Below, piece after piece: positions 37,125 through 45,987 of a DNA stretch of 48,688 nucleotides. The position numbers were made by a program, and so were the translations under genes. The DNA lies in contig JBBILY010000004.1 of the NCBI GenBank assembly GCA_037444705.1, positions 1-48,688 of the forward strand, read 5' to 3'. Source of the DNA: Chloroflexota bacterium (GTDB lineage: Bacteria; Chloroflexota; Anaerolineae; Anaerolineales; UBA4823). Within the stretch, counting starts at the first letter, position 1. Every line of letters begins with the position of its first letter. Below the pieces are notes generated by a model. That model did not search any database and was not told where the DNA came from. It saw nothing but the letters and a program-made list of their open reading frames with translations.

Positions 37125-38123
37125 TTAGTGAATTTGATTTAGCAAACTTTGCCAGAAAGCGTCTCGCTCTCCAGGCACAAAAGGAATATAAAGGCCCAGG
37201 CGATCGGCCAAATTGCGGTATTTTTCGCTCAGCGCTGCTGGCAAGTCGGCTGGGGCGGCCACCACAGCAAAGGTGTTGAGCATCTCATCTGTGATGAGGG
37301 CGGGCATCTCGCCCCATTCACCGCGGGCGGCCAGGGCTGAAAGGTGTTCGGCGGTCTCTTGCCAGCCATGTAGCGCCATGACCGGTCGGTAAGAAGGGGT
37401 GGAGGCATAAAAGGCAATCTGTGAGCGCACGAAAGCGCTCTCCTTAGGAGAGGTGGCCACAAAGGCTGAGATAGAGACTTGGATGTGTTCCCGTTTTCGA
37501 CCTGCGCGGTTGGCGCCTTCGTGGATAGCGGGCAAGATCATCTCTCGAAGGTATTGGGCCGAGTGCAGGGGGTGGACATGGAAGCCATCAGCCACTTCCC
37601 CGGCCAGCCGCGCCAGCCCGGTATTGACCCCGGCGATGTAGATAGGGATTTGTGGATGCGAGATGGGGCCAGGATTAAAGAAGGGAGACATCAGGGTTAA
37701 CTTGTAGTATTCCCCGCGAAAGTTAAGGCGTTCCCCTGTTTGCCAGGTGTGCCAGAAGGCGCGTATGGCAGCGATTTGTTCCCGCAATTTACCTACCACT
37801 GAGTCAGGCCAGGGCATGCCGAAGCGGCGTTCGATATGGGCTTTGACCTGAGTGCCCAACCCCAGGATGAAGCGCCCCGCGGAAGCCTGAGCCAGGTCCC
37901 AGGCGGTGTAGGCCAGAGTGGCGGGGCTGCGGGCAAAGGCGATGGCTACTGCCGTGCCAAAATGCAGGCGCTGGGTGTGCTCGGCGATTAAAGCCCCCGG
38001 CAGAAATGGATCGTGCATGGTTTCGGTGGACCAGAGGGCGTCGAAGCCCAGCGCCTCGGCGGCGCGGGCGATGGCGGGAATGGCGGTTAGAGAGGTGGGA
38101 GGAAGAGAAGCATCAATGTGCAT
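37125..38123 (-). CDS. Luciferase-like monooxygenase (LLM) class oxidoreductase, probably F420-dependent
   Basis: AEALGFDALWSTETMHDPFLPGALIAEHTQRLHFGTAVAIAFARSP...GRFILGLGTQVKAHIERRFGMPW is the typical LLM TIM-barrel N-terminal pattern. Confidence 0.8.
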   Translation of the reverse strand: MHIDASLPPTSLTAIPAIARAAEALGFDALWSTETMHDPFLPGALIAEHTQRLHFGTAVAIAFARSPATLAYTAWDLAQASAGRFILGLGTQVKAHIERRFGMPWPDSVVGKLREQIAAIRAFWHTWQTGERLNFRGEYYKLTLMSPFFNPGPISHPQIPIYIAGVNTGLARLAGEVADGFHVHPLHSAQYLREMILPAIHEGANRAGRKREHIQVSISAFVATSPKESAFVRSQIAFYASTPSYRPVMALHGWQETAEHLSALAARGEWGEMPALITDEMLNTFAVVAAPADLPAALSEKYRNLADRLGLYIPFVPGERDAFWQSLLNQIH

Positions 38124-38149
38124 TTTTCTTTTCCAGGTTATTGGTTTGG

Positions 38150-38343
38150 GTCAAGCGTTTATTTAAACAAGGGCAAAGCCTCAATGTGAGCCTCTCGTTG
38201 TGAGAGTTGTAATGGATATCTACATTATACGGCGGTGAGGTCACAATGAGGTCAATAGAGGCCTCAGGGATTTCCTGGGTGGTTAGCGTATCGTCTTGAA
38301 TGATTTTAATTCGCTCGCTGGAAAAGAAAATGGGACGGTTCAT
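38150..38343 (-). pseudogene. N-terminal relic of a DNA (N4-C/N6-A) methyltransferase
   Basis: MNRPIFFSSERIKIIQDDTLTTQEIPEASIDLIVTSPPYNVDIHYNSHNE carries catalytic motif IV (SPPY) in its usual N-terminal context for beta-class MTases. No SAM-binding or target-recognition region follows. The frame runs into the LLM gene start and stops at 38113. Confidence 0.6.
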
Positions 38344-38437
38344 GGGGCACCCTTCTTGATTTTCTGAACCCTTGACCGTGTAATAACCATATCGCTACTT
38401 ATGACATGAACCACGGGCGCTTCCACAAAACTCTTGT

Positions 38438-39517
38438 TCAAATAATTGACCCATTGCTTTCCTCTGCCTGAGAGAGCAGATAAGCCAGGATCCAGCGGGT
38501 GGTGGCCATCAGGGCTTCGAGATGGGTGCGCTCATAATTATGAGAGGCGTCTACGCCAGGGCCGATGAGGGCAACCGCGGTGTCATTGCCAGCGCGCCAG
38601 TAAGCGCCTCCATCGGAGCCATAATAGGGATAGATGTCCACCTTGTGAGGGATGGCGTGTTTTTCCGCCAGTTGGCGCAGGCGTTGGCTCAGTTCGTGAT
38701 GGTAAGGCCCTCCCGAATCTTTAACGCAAAGCGTGGCGTGGAATTCATCGGAAGCCTGGCCTTCGCCGATCGCAGCCATATCTACCACTACCAGTTCACT
38801 CACCCCGACGGGGAGACCAGCGGAAGCGCCGTGGCCCACCTCTTCGAAAGTGCTGAAGTAGAAGTGCGTGGTGAGACTGGGTTGCACACCCGCTTCAGCC
38901 AAGGCTTTGATAGCTTCGACCAGGCAGGCGACACCGGCTTTGTCGTCCAAGTGGCGGGATCGGATGAAACCCGTGTTGGTTTCCAGGCGCGGATCAAAGG
39001 CGACAAAATCTCCCACCTCAATCCCCGCCTGACGGGTTTCGCTGGCACTGGAGGTACGGATATCCAGGCGCACTTCCATGTGATCATCGTCGCGCTTTAT
39101 CTCGTTGACCTGATTGCCGTAAACATGGCTGGAGGCTTTGTCTAGCAAGAGCGAACCGCGCACCGCTTGGCCCGTGCGAGTGAAAATGGTAACCCCTTCC
39201 CCTTCTACCGTGTTCCAGGCGAAGCCACCGATTTTGCTCAATTTGAGACGCCCATTGGGTTTGATCTCTTTCACCATTGCGCCTAAGGTGTCAATGTGAG
39301 CGGTGAGGGCACGCGGGGAGGTGCCGTCTTGTCCCCTCCAGGTTGCCAGCAAAGCCCCTTTACGGGTGATAGAGAGTTCCAGAGGGGTAAATGCTTCCAG
39401 TTCCCGACGCAGGCGCTCAATGGCTCGCGCGGTATAGCCTGTGGGGCTGGGGATGTTGAGTAAATCAGTCAGAAAAGTCACCAGGCGGGCTTGATCGATG
39501 CTGGGAAGTTGGGTCAT
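38438..39517 (-). CDS. M42-family (FrvX/glutamyl aminopeptidase-like) metallopeptidase
   Basis: LLNIPSPTGY, HIDTLGAMV, RHLDDKAGV, FSTFEEVGHGA. These are metal-ligand contexts typical of M42. Confidence 0.85.
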   Translation of the reverse strand: MTQLPSIDQARLVTFLTDLLNIPSPTGYTARAIERLRRELEAFTPLELSITRKGALLATWRGQDGTSPRALTAHIDTLGAMVKEIKPNGRLKLSKIGGFAWNTVEGEGVTIFTRTGQAVRGSLLLDKASSHVYGNQVNEIKRDDDHMEVRLDIRTSSASETRQAGIEVGDFVAFDPRLETNTGFIRSRHLDDKAGVACLVEAIKALAEAGVQPSLTTHFYFSTFEEVGHGASAGLPVGVSELVVVDMAAIGEGQASDEFHATLCVKDSGGPYHHELSQRLRQLAEKHAIPHKVDIYPYYGSDGGAYWRAGNDTAVALIGPGVDASHNYERTHLEALMATTRWILAYLLSQAEESNGSII

Positions 39518-39590
39518 AAGAGATTACCTGTATTCTAAAAGGCCAGCCATCGGGTCATAACGGTTCTCAATAGCAGGGCTGTAAAATTCT

Positions 39591-40022
39591 CTAGGCTTTT
39601 TCCATTTCCAGTTTTTCAAATTCCGTGATCACCTGGCGCCATTCGTTTGGGATCGGGATGGATTGGCCAAGGCAATAATCGTAGGCTACGATCACAGAGG
39701 TGCCCGTCGCCAGCACCTGGCCGCTTTGGGCGTCTTCCAGGATATATTCCATATCCATGCTCTTATTCCCCAGGCGGGTGATGCGCACTCCCACCCGCAC
39801 TGGCTGTCCAAAAAGCACCGGGGCGCGGAAGGTAATATGTATTTCAGCCAGGATGATGCCAATATCCAGAAATGAGCCTCCCTTCCACAGGCCCAGGTGC
39901 TTGAGGTAGTTGATGCGTGCCTGCTCCATGTAAGTCAAGTATTTGGCATTGTTGAGGTGGCCCTGGGGGTCCAGGTCTCCATATCTAACTTCGATGGGGT
40001 GGTAGAAGCGAAACTCAGACAT
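39591..40022 (-). CDS. Acyl-CoA thioesterase, 4HBT/YbgC hotdog family
   Basis: IEVRYGDLDPQGHLNNAKYLTYMEQARINYL matches the catalytic Asp region of YbgC-type thioesterases. Length is 143 aa. Confidence 0.85.
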   Translation of the reverse strand: MSEFRFYHPIEVRYGDLDPQGHLNNAKYLTYMEQARINYLKHLGLWKGGSFLDIGIILAEIHITFRAPVLFGQPVRVGVRITRLGNKSMDMEYILEDAQSGQVLATGTSVIVAYDYCLGQSIPIPNEWRQVITEFEKLEMEKA

Positions 40023-40159
40023 ACTGAGATTATAAACGCAAAACTTTTGGGATAGGGAAGAGCCATCGCCGATTTAGACGGCTTTTTACGGTTTTTTTCG
40101 TGGGTGAAGCCCGGGTTACCTCCCCTTTTGGGCAGAGCGTCTGCGGTATAATGGGCGGC

Positions 40160-41467
40160 ATGACTGCTTTAGATGAAACTCAACCTGTAAATAGAGATGA
40201 TAAATTTACTTCTATGGATGAAACTCAGCCGATTTTCACGGGGGAGAACCCACCTGAGCCTCAAGACCTGGCTCAGACGGTAGCCATGTCCGTTGCTCCT
40301 GAAGATAAGTCAGCGGGCTTAGAGGCTACCCTGCCTACTCAGACAGATATTCAACCCCCTCAGGCACCCCCGCCAACCACCACAATGCAGGAGAAGGGTA
40401 AGCGCCCTCTTCCCCTGCGCACCTGGGCTGTGTTAGGCCTGGTGGGCTTGGGTTTGGTCGCCTTGCTCAGCGCTGCGAGTGGCTATGGCGCAGGCATCCG
40501 CCTGCGCAAAGAGGCCGAATCCACCCAAATGGCTCTGGTGGCTCAGGAGCAATTTCAATTGGGCGTGCAAGATATGCAGGCCGGGCGCTATGATCTGGCG
40601 CGTCAACGCTTCGAGTATGTGGTTCGCCTCGATCCAGATTATCCGGGGGTGACGGAGAAACTGGCAGATGTGCTGCTCCAACTGAACACCACGGCTACAC
40701 CCACGCCAGTGCCCAGCCCTACCCCCTCACCGACACCCGACTTACGCAGTGTGCAGGAACTCTTCGCCCAGGCGCAGCAACATCTAGCCAATCAAGAATG
40801 GAGCATGGCGATTGATACTTTGCTCTCTCTGCGCAAAGCCGACCCTAATTACCAGGCGGTTTGGGTGGATGACATGCTCTATGTGGCTTTTCGCAGCCGT
40901 GGCAAAGATAAGATCCTCAAAGAAGGTGACCTGGAGGGCGGGATTTACGACTTAACCATGGCGGAGCAGTTTGGCCCGCTAGATGCCGACTCCAAAAGCC
41001 TGCAAACCTGGGCAAGGTTGTATATTACCGGGGCCAGTTTTTGGGAACTCGACTGGGCGCAGGCGGTTTATTATTTTGCCCAGGTGGCGCCGGCCATGCC
41101 CAACCTGCGGGATGGCTCTGGTTGGACGGCAACCGAGCGCTATCGCCTGGCGCTTATTGGATATGGTGGCTATCTGGCGGACCAAAAGGAATGGTGTGCT
41201 GCGGCTGAACAATTCCAGGCTGCTTTGTCCCTGGGGGCTGATGCGAAAGCAGAGGCAGCTCTTGATCAGGCGCTAGAGAAATGTGGCGCCTCTGAGGGTG
41301 AATCGTCCGCACCTCCTCAGGGGGGCGCAGAGAGCACGCCAACCCCAACCGCCCCACCTGAGGCTCAGCCCACGCCCACTGAGGCGCCGCCCACACAACC
41401 ACCCTCAACCGAAGCTCCACCCACGGAACCTCCACCGCCAGAGCCATCTCCAACCCCTGGGGCATGA
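40160..41467 (+). CDS. Hypothetical membrane-anchored protein with TPR-like helical region and Pro/Thr-rich tracts
   Basis: One TM helix (WAVLGLVGLGLVALLSAA), helical repeats and the low-complexity stretches TPTPVPSPTPSPTP and PTPTAPPEAQPTPTEAPPTQPP. The start is uncertain: the track gives GTG 40100, and ATG 40160 lies 7 nt after a TATAAT box. Confidence 0.55.
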   Translation: MTALDETQPVNRDDKFTSMDETQPIFTGENPPEPQDLAQTVAMSVAPEDKSAGLEATLPTQTDIQPPQAPPPTTTMQEKGKRPLPLRTWAVLGLVGLGLVALLSAASGYGAGIRLRKEAESTQMALVAQEQFQLGVQDMQAGRYDLARQRFEYVVRLDPDYPGVTEKLADVLLQLNTTATPTPVPSPTPSPTPDLRSVQELFAQAQQHLANQEWSMAIDTLLSLRKADPNYQAVWVDDMLYVAFRSRGKDKILKEGDLEGGIYDLTMAEQFGPLDADSKSLQTWARLYITGASFWELDWAQAVYYFAQVAPAMPNLRDGSGWTATERYRLALIGYGGYLADQKEWCAAAEQFQAALSLGADAKAEAALDQALEKCGASEGESSAPPQGGAESTPTPTAPPEAQPTPTEAPPTQPPSTEAPPTEPPPPEPSPTPGA

Positions 41468-41973
41468 CAGCAACTTCGCTTTGGCTGCTCAGCCTTTTCT
41501 ATTGGCTGCATATGCTCGCCACAGTGGTTTGGCTGGGCGGTCTGGCGAGCCTTTCGATATTTATCTTGCCCCTCGCCGAACGTTCTCTGGATGAGAGCGC
41601 TTATGCCCGCTTTCTGGACGGTGTTCAACGCCACCTGGAGGCTTTAGGTTGGCTTTGTTTGCTAATCCTGGTGGGAACAGGGTTGTTTCAGATGGTGGCT
41701 AACCCGAATTATCAGGGTTTCCTGGAGATTCAGAACCACTGGGCGCTGGCCATCTTCCTCAAGCATCTGATCTTCGCCGTTGTGGTTGGCCTCAATGCCT
41801 ATATCACCTGGGTCTTGACCCCCAAATTACGCCGCCTGGCGCTTTATCGGGCAAAGGGAAAAGAGATGGCTCAGGAACAGCACCTGCAGATGCGCATGGC
41901 GTTTATGTTACGTCTTAATCTGATTCTGGGACTGATCATCCTGGCCCTGACGGCCCTGGCGCGCGCCTCGTGA
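41464..41973 (+). CDS. CopD-like integral membrane protein
   Basis: Four predicted TM helices. The N-terminus LFYWLHMLATVVWLGGLASL resembles the CopD family. ATGA overlap with the upstream gene. Confidence 0.5.
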   Translation: MTATSLWLLSLFYWLHMLATVVWLGGLASLSIFILPLAERSLDESAYARFLDGVQRHLEALGWLCLLILVGTGLFQMVANPNYQGFLEIQNHWALAIFLKHLIFAVVVGLNAYITWVLTPKLRRLALYRAKGKEMAQEQHLQMRMAFMLRLNLILGLIILALTALARAS

Positions 41974-41978
41974 GGTTT

Positions 41979-43511
41979 TTATGGCTCACCGTCTATTTTT
42001 GAGACCGGAGTGACATAGCACCCCCAGGGCTCTTCCGGGTAGTAGTGGTAAACCTTGCGGTGGGGGACGTGCTGTGCCAGGGCGGCATCCGCCGCCGGAC
42101 CACGGCTGATGGCAAAGATAAAGGGGGTGCTCAACGCTGGGTCTTGAAGTTCCAGAAGCGTGCCGTATTCAGTCCAGTGATCGGGGTGAACAATGACCAG
42201 TGCCGGGGTTAACCCCTGGCTCTGGGCGACCAGGAAGGGTTGCAGGCGCGCCCTCTGCACGCCATATAAGCCATACATGCCTCCCAGGCGTATAGGCGTG
42301 TAAAAGAGTAGATTGGCGCTAAGCAGAAGAGCCAGGATGGCTGTGCTCCCCAGCGGGCGCAGACGGCGCCAGCCTTGGTACATAGGCCAGGATGCGCCTT
42401 CATGGGTGGGCCATCCGGCCAGGAAGGCTATTCCGGCCGCGCTCAGTAGGGTTAGGCTGTATAAACCTTCATAATAATACCGAGGCCCAAAGAGGGACGA
42501 TCCAATCCAATAAGCCATATAAACCAACACCAGGCTGGGGAAAACCCCCAAGACCGGCAGGGATTTCCATCTCCGCTGGCGCAAGACCGCCAGCGCGCCG
42601 CAGGGTAGAAATGCCCAGGAATAGGAGCCCCAGCCAAAGAAATCATGCCAGCCTACCCAGAGGCTGTGACGGGTGTTGATGAGAGCCTGATGCAGCGTAT
42701 GGCCTCCTTCCAGCCGCCCCACGCCAGGGCCAAACCCCACTTTGTCGTAATTCCACCACAGGGTATAAGGATTGAGAAGCGGATCTCCCGTGACAGAAAA
42801 TTGCCACACGAAGAGCAGGCTGGCCAGAGCCAACACACCCAGGCTAAAGAAGAGCAGATGACGGCGCCCGATTCTATCGGTTTTAAACCAAAGGTGGAGC
42901 CCATGGGGGATAAAAGGCAGGCAGACCCCAATTGCCGTCAGGGGACGGGTGAGCGCCAGCAAACCCAGGCACAGAGCCGCAGTGCTCAAGGGTAACCAGC
43001 GTGGCAGGCGTGGTTCGTCCCAGGCCTCCAGCCACGCCAGGGCAAAGGCTGCGCTCAACATCAGCCCCAAGGGGTGGGAGAGCAAAGAGCCAGAGTTCAT
43101 CAAGAAAAAGGGGGAGGAAAGGCTTAGAATGGCAGCCAGCAAGCCGACGCTTGTGCTGAAAAGCCGTTTCCCCAGGCGATAGGTTAACCAGATTCCCAGG
43201 CCGGCCAACACAGGGTTAACCCAAGCGCGCCCTCCCACCATGATCCCCAGTGCCAGGGTGGCCGGCCAGCCAGGGGGATATTTGCCGAAACGCTGGCCCT
43301 GATAATCTATCACGAAGGGTACCAGGAAACTTTTAGGGTCGGGCGGTGAGGGATAGGTCAGGTGTCCGTGGGCGATGGCTTGTGCTTGCCAGACAAAAGC
43401 CATTTCGTCTTCGATGTGGGGCAGACGTTCGAAGACGCGCTCTTCCACGCCATAGGTTACGAGTATGGCGATAAGACTGAGGAACAATGCCAGACGATCA
43501 GCGCGGGACAT
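41979..43511 (-). CDS. GT-C fold glycosyltransferase (family 39 / ArnT-PMT-like)
   Basis: A 510-aa polytopic protein. The first loop contains an acidic motif (HIEDEMAFVWQA), as in ArnT/PMT-type enzymes. Confidence 0.7.
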   Translation of the reverse strand: MSRADRLALFLSLIAILVTYGVEERVFERLPHIEDEMAFVWQAQAIAHGHLTYPSPPDPKSFLVPFVIDYQGQRFGKYPPGWPATLALGIMVGGRAWVNPVLAGLGIWLTYRLGKRLFSTSVGLLAAILSLSSPFFLMNSGSLLSHPLGLMLSAAFALAWLEAWDEPRLPRWLPLSTAALCLGLLALTRPLTAIGVCLPFIPHGLHLWFKTDRIGRRHLLFFSLGVLALASLLFVWQFSVTGDPLLNPYTLWWNYDKVGFGPGVGRLEGGHTLHQALINTRHSLWVGWHDFFGWGSYSWAFLPCGALAVLRQRRWKSLPVLGVFPSLVLVYMAYWIGSSLFGPRYYYEGLYSLTLLSAAGIAFLAGWPTHEGASWPMYQGWRRLRPLGSTAILALLLSANLLFYTPIRLGGMYGLYGVQRARLQPFLVAQSQGLTPALVIVHPDHWTEYGTLLELQDPALSTPFIFAISRGPAADAALAQHVPHRKVYHYYPEEPWGCYVTPVSKIDGEP

Positions 43512-43538
43512 AGGAGGCGACGAACTCTGGACGAATGG

Positions 43539-44564
43539 CTAAGCCGACAATGTCCGCAGGGCTTGCAACGCAGCAGAATGCAGGAGGCCATTAGAGGCTA
43601 AAATGCCACGATTGCCCGCCAGAGTGCGGCCTTGGGTAAAATCCAAGGGTTTGCCATCCAGGTCAATGATCTTGCCACCCGCCTCTGCGACTATCAAGGC
43701 CCCGGCGGCATGGTCCCAGATCTTCTCTCGGTAATCCGGCTTGGACGGCGACAGCAGCCGCACCAGCAAATCTCCCTGGCCGGCTGCCAGCAATGCATAC
43801 TTGGCCTGGCTATCCAGGCGCAGAGGTGGGGTTCGTATGCCCAGAATTTGAGCCAGGGCGTCCACCTGATTGACATTGGTGTGCCCAGATTCAAAAGAGC
43901 GTAGCAGGCGTGCCTGAGATGGCTCGGTGCAGGTAGAGACATGGAGGCGTTCGGGTGTCAGCGCACCTTCCAGGGAAGTCATCCAGGTTCCCTGACCACG
44001 AGCGGCGAAGACCAGAGCACCAGGAGCGTCATCGTCACCCAGGCTGCCCAGGTTCAATTTGGGGCAACCTAATATCCCCAGTTGCACCTCACCGCGGACA
44101 ATCAGCGCCAGGGCGATGGCGTATTGGTCACCCCGCAGGAAGCCTTTTGTGCCATCAATGGGGTCCAGCGTCCAGAACCGATGGGCAGGGCTGGCGCCAC
44201 CCCTTTCGATCCACTGCACCACCTGATTAGCATTGGCATTGGGGATCACCTGACGAAGATAATACGTGACCATGTCCAGGGTCTGGCTAGCGCTCTCTCT
44301 TTCGTCAGCGCTGGCAGCGCGCAGGATGAGACTATCCTCTTCGCCCACCAAAGGGTCTTGGGGAAAAGCCTGTTCCAGTAAGGCAGCCACCAGGGCCTGA
44401 ACGGCGAAGTCGGCAACGGTCACAGGGGAATGGTCGTCTTTGGTCAGGGCTGGGGTCACCAGTTCGGACTGAATCTGACGTACCAGGGCGCAGGCCTGGC
44501 TCACAGCGTGCCAGGCAAATTTAAGTTCCGTGAGGTCAGAGTTGAGCATGAGATTCTTTAGCAA
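43539..44564 (-). CDS. 3'(2'),5'-bisphosphate nucleotidase (HAL2/CysQ, inositol monophosphatase superfamily)
   Basis: KDDHSPVTVADFAVQ, GEED, WTLDPIDGTKGF, and WDHAAG. These are the IMPase metal-binding motifs with a HAL2-type insertion. Confidence 0.85.
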   Translation of the reverse strand: MLKNLMLNSDLTELKFAWHAVSQACALVRQIQSELVTPALTKDDHSPVTVADFAVQALVAALLEQAFPQDPLVGEEDSLILRAASADERESASQTLDMVTYYLRQVIPNANANQVVQWIERGGASPAHRFWTLDPIDGTKGFLRGDQYAIALALIVRGEVQLGILGCPKLNLGSLGDDDAPGALVFAARGQGTWMTSLEGALTPERLHVSTCTEPSQARLLRSFESGHTNVNQVDALAQILGIRTPPLRLDSQAKYALLAAGQGDLLVRLLSPSKPDYREKIWDHAAGALIVAEAGGKIIDLDGKPLDFTQGRTLAGNRGILASNGLLHSAALQALRTLSA

Positions 44565-45957
44565 CGAGAGGTTTAACCCTTGTGGCGCTCGGGGCTATAA
44601 TGCCGCTCAGATCATAGGTCATAGCGCCGGTGATGCGCACGGGGATAATCTGGCCAATGGGGGCCTCGCCTTCGATGAGTACTACGCCGTCAATTTCCGG
44701 GGCATCACGGTAGGTGCGCCCCAGCGCTATCGGCTCTCTACGGCGGTGGGGAGGCGCGGTATTCTCAATTTCACCCTGGCCTTCGACCAGCACCTCTAAT
44801 GTCTTACCTACCAGAGCCTGGTTCTTTTCCAGCGAAATGCCCTGCTGCAACTCCATCAGGCGTTGCCAGCGCTCCTCTTTTACCTCAGGAGGGATGGGAT
44901 CGCCCAAAGGCTCACTGGGCGTGCCCGGTTCAAAGGAGAAACGAAAGGCTCCAAGGCGATCAAAGCGTATTTCTTGCACGAAATCCAAAAGCGCCTGAAA
45001 TTCTTCCTCCGTCTCACCGGGGTATCCAACTATGAATGTCGTGCGTAAGGCCAGGTCAGGCATAGCGGCCCGCATTTTCTCTAGAGTGCGATAGACCCAA
45101 TCTATGTTGGCGGGGCGGCGCATGCGCCGTAATGTGGCTGGGTGTGCATGTTGTAAGGGCATGTCCAGATAATGGATAATTTGAGGCTGGCTAGCCATCA
45201 CTTCAATCAGGCGCTCGGTCACGTAGCCCGGATAGGCATATAAGATACGGATCCAGGGTATATCGGGGACGGTGGCAACCAGGCGTTCCAGCAATTGCAC
45301 CAGGCCATCCTTCAGGCCCAGATCGTAACCGTAATCAGTCGTATCTTGAGCGATCAAAATGAGTTCGCGCACCCCCATGTTTTGCAGGCGGCGCGCCTCA
45401 TCCAGGATGACTTCCATGGGACGGCTGACCGAGGTGCCCTTAATCAGGGGGATGGCGCAGAAAGCACAGGGGCGGCGGCAGCCATCTGCAATCTTGAGAT
45501 AGGCGCTTGCCCCCTGAATAGCGGCGCGTAAAGTGCCGCGTTCGTCGCGGCCGATGGTGGGCACTTCGGGGAGGTGGTAAAGAGGCTCGGGGTGTCGCTC
45601 ACCATTGCGCAGGCGTTGCACTACTTCCACAATGTCCATCCAGCGCCTTGTGCCCAGAATGCCATCTATCCCAGGGACGCGGCGAACCACCTCGGCTGCA
45701 TAGCGTTGAGTCAGGCAGCCGGCGGCAATGAGAAATTGTCCTTTTTTCTTTTGGGTAGCCAGTTTGTTTAAGACCTGCAGGGATTCATCCCTGGCAGGTC
45801 CAATGAAGCCGCAGGTGTTTACGATGAGCACTTCGGCTCGCGAGGGATGATCCACCGGGCGAAAGCCGGCTGCATCCAGTAACTGCGCCATTGATTCGGA
45901 GTCAACCGTATTTTTAGCACAGCCTAAGGAAACCAGATGAAAGGTCTTTGATCGCAT
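44536..45957 (-). CDS. rimO: Ribosomal protein S12 methylthiotransferase RimO
   Basis: UPF0004 N-domain (HLVSLGCAKNTVDSE), radical-SAM CRRPCAFCAIP (CxxxCxxC) and a C-terminal TRAM domain. Confidence 0.92.
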   Translation of the reverse strand: MRSKTFHLVSLGCAKNTVDSESMAQLLDAAGFRPVDHPSRAEVLIVNTCGFIGPARDESLQVLNKLATQKKKGQFLIAAGCLTQRYAAEVVRRVPGIDGILGTRRWMDIVEVVQRLRNGERHPEPLYHLPEVPTIGRDERGTLRAAIQGASAYLKIADGCRRPCAFCAIPLIKGTSVSRPMEVILDEARRLQNMGVRELILIAQDTTDYGYDLGLKDGLVQLLERLVATVPDIPWIRILYAYPGYVTERLIEVMASQPQIIHYLDMPLQHAHPATLRRMRRPANIDWVYRTLEKMRAAMPDLALRTTFIVGYPGETEEEFQALLDFVQEIRFDRLGAFRFSFEPGTPSEPLGDPIPPEVKEERWQRLMELQQGISLEKNQALVGKTLEVLVEGQGEIENTAPPHRRREPIALGRTYRDAPEIDGVVLIEGEAPIGQIIPVRITGAMTYDLSGIIAPSATRVKPLVAKESHAQL

Positions 45958-45987
45958 AAGTTCACCGTTAATAATTGCGCATGTCCT

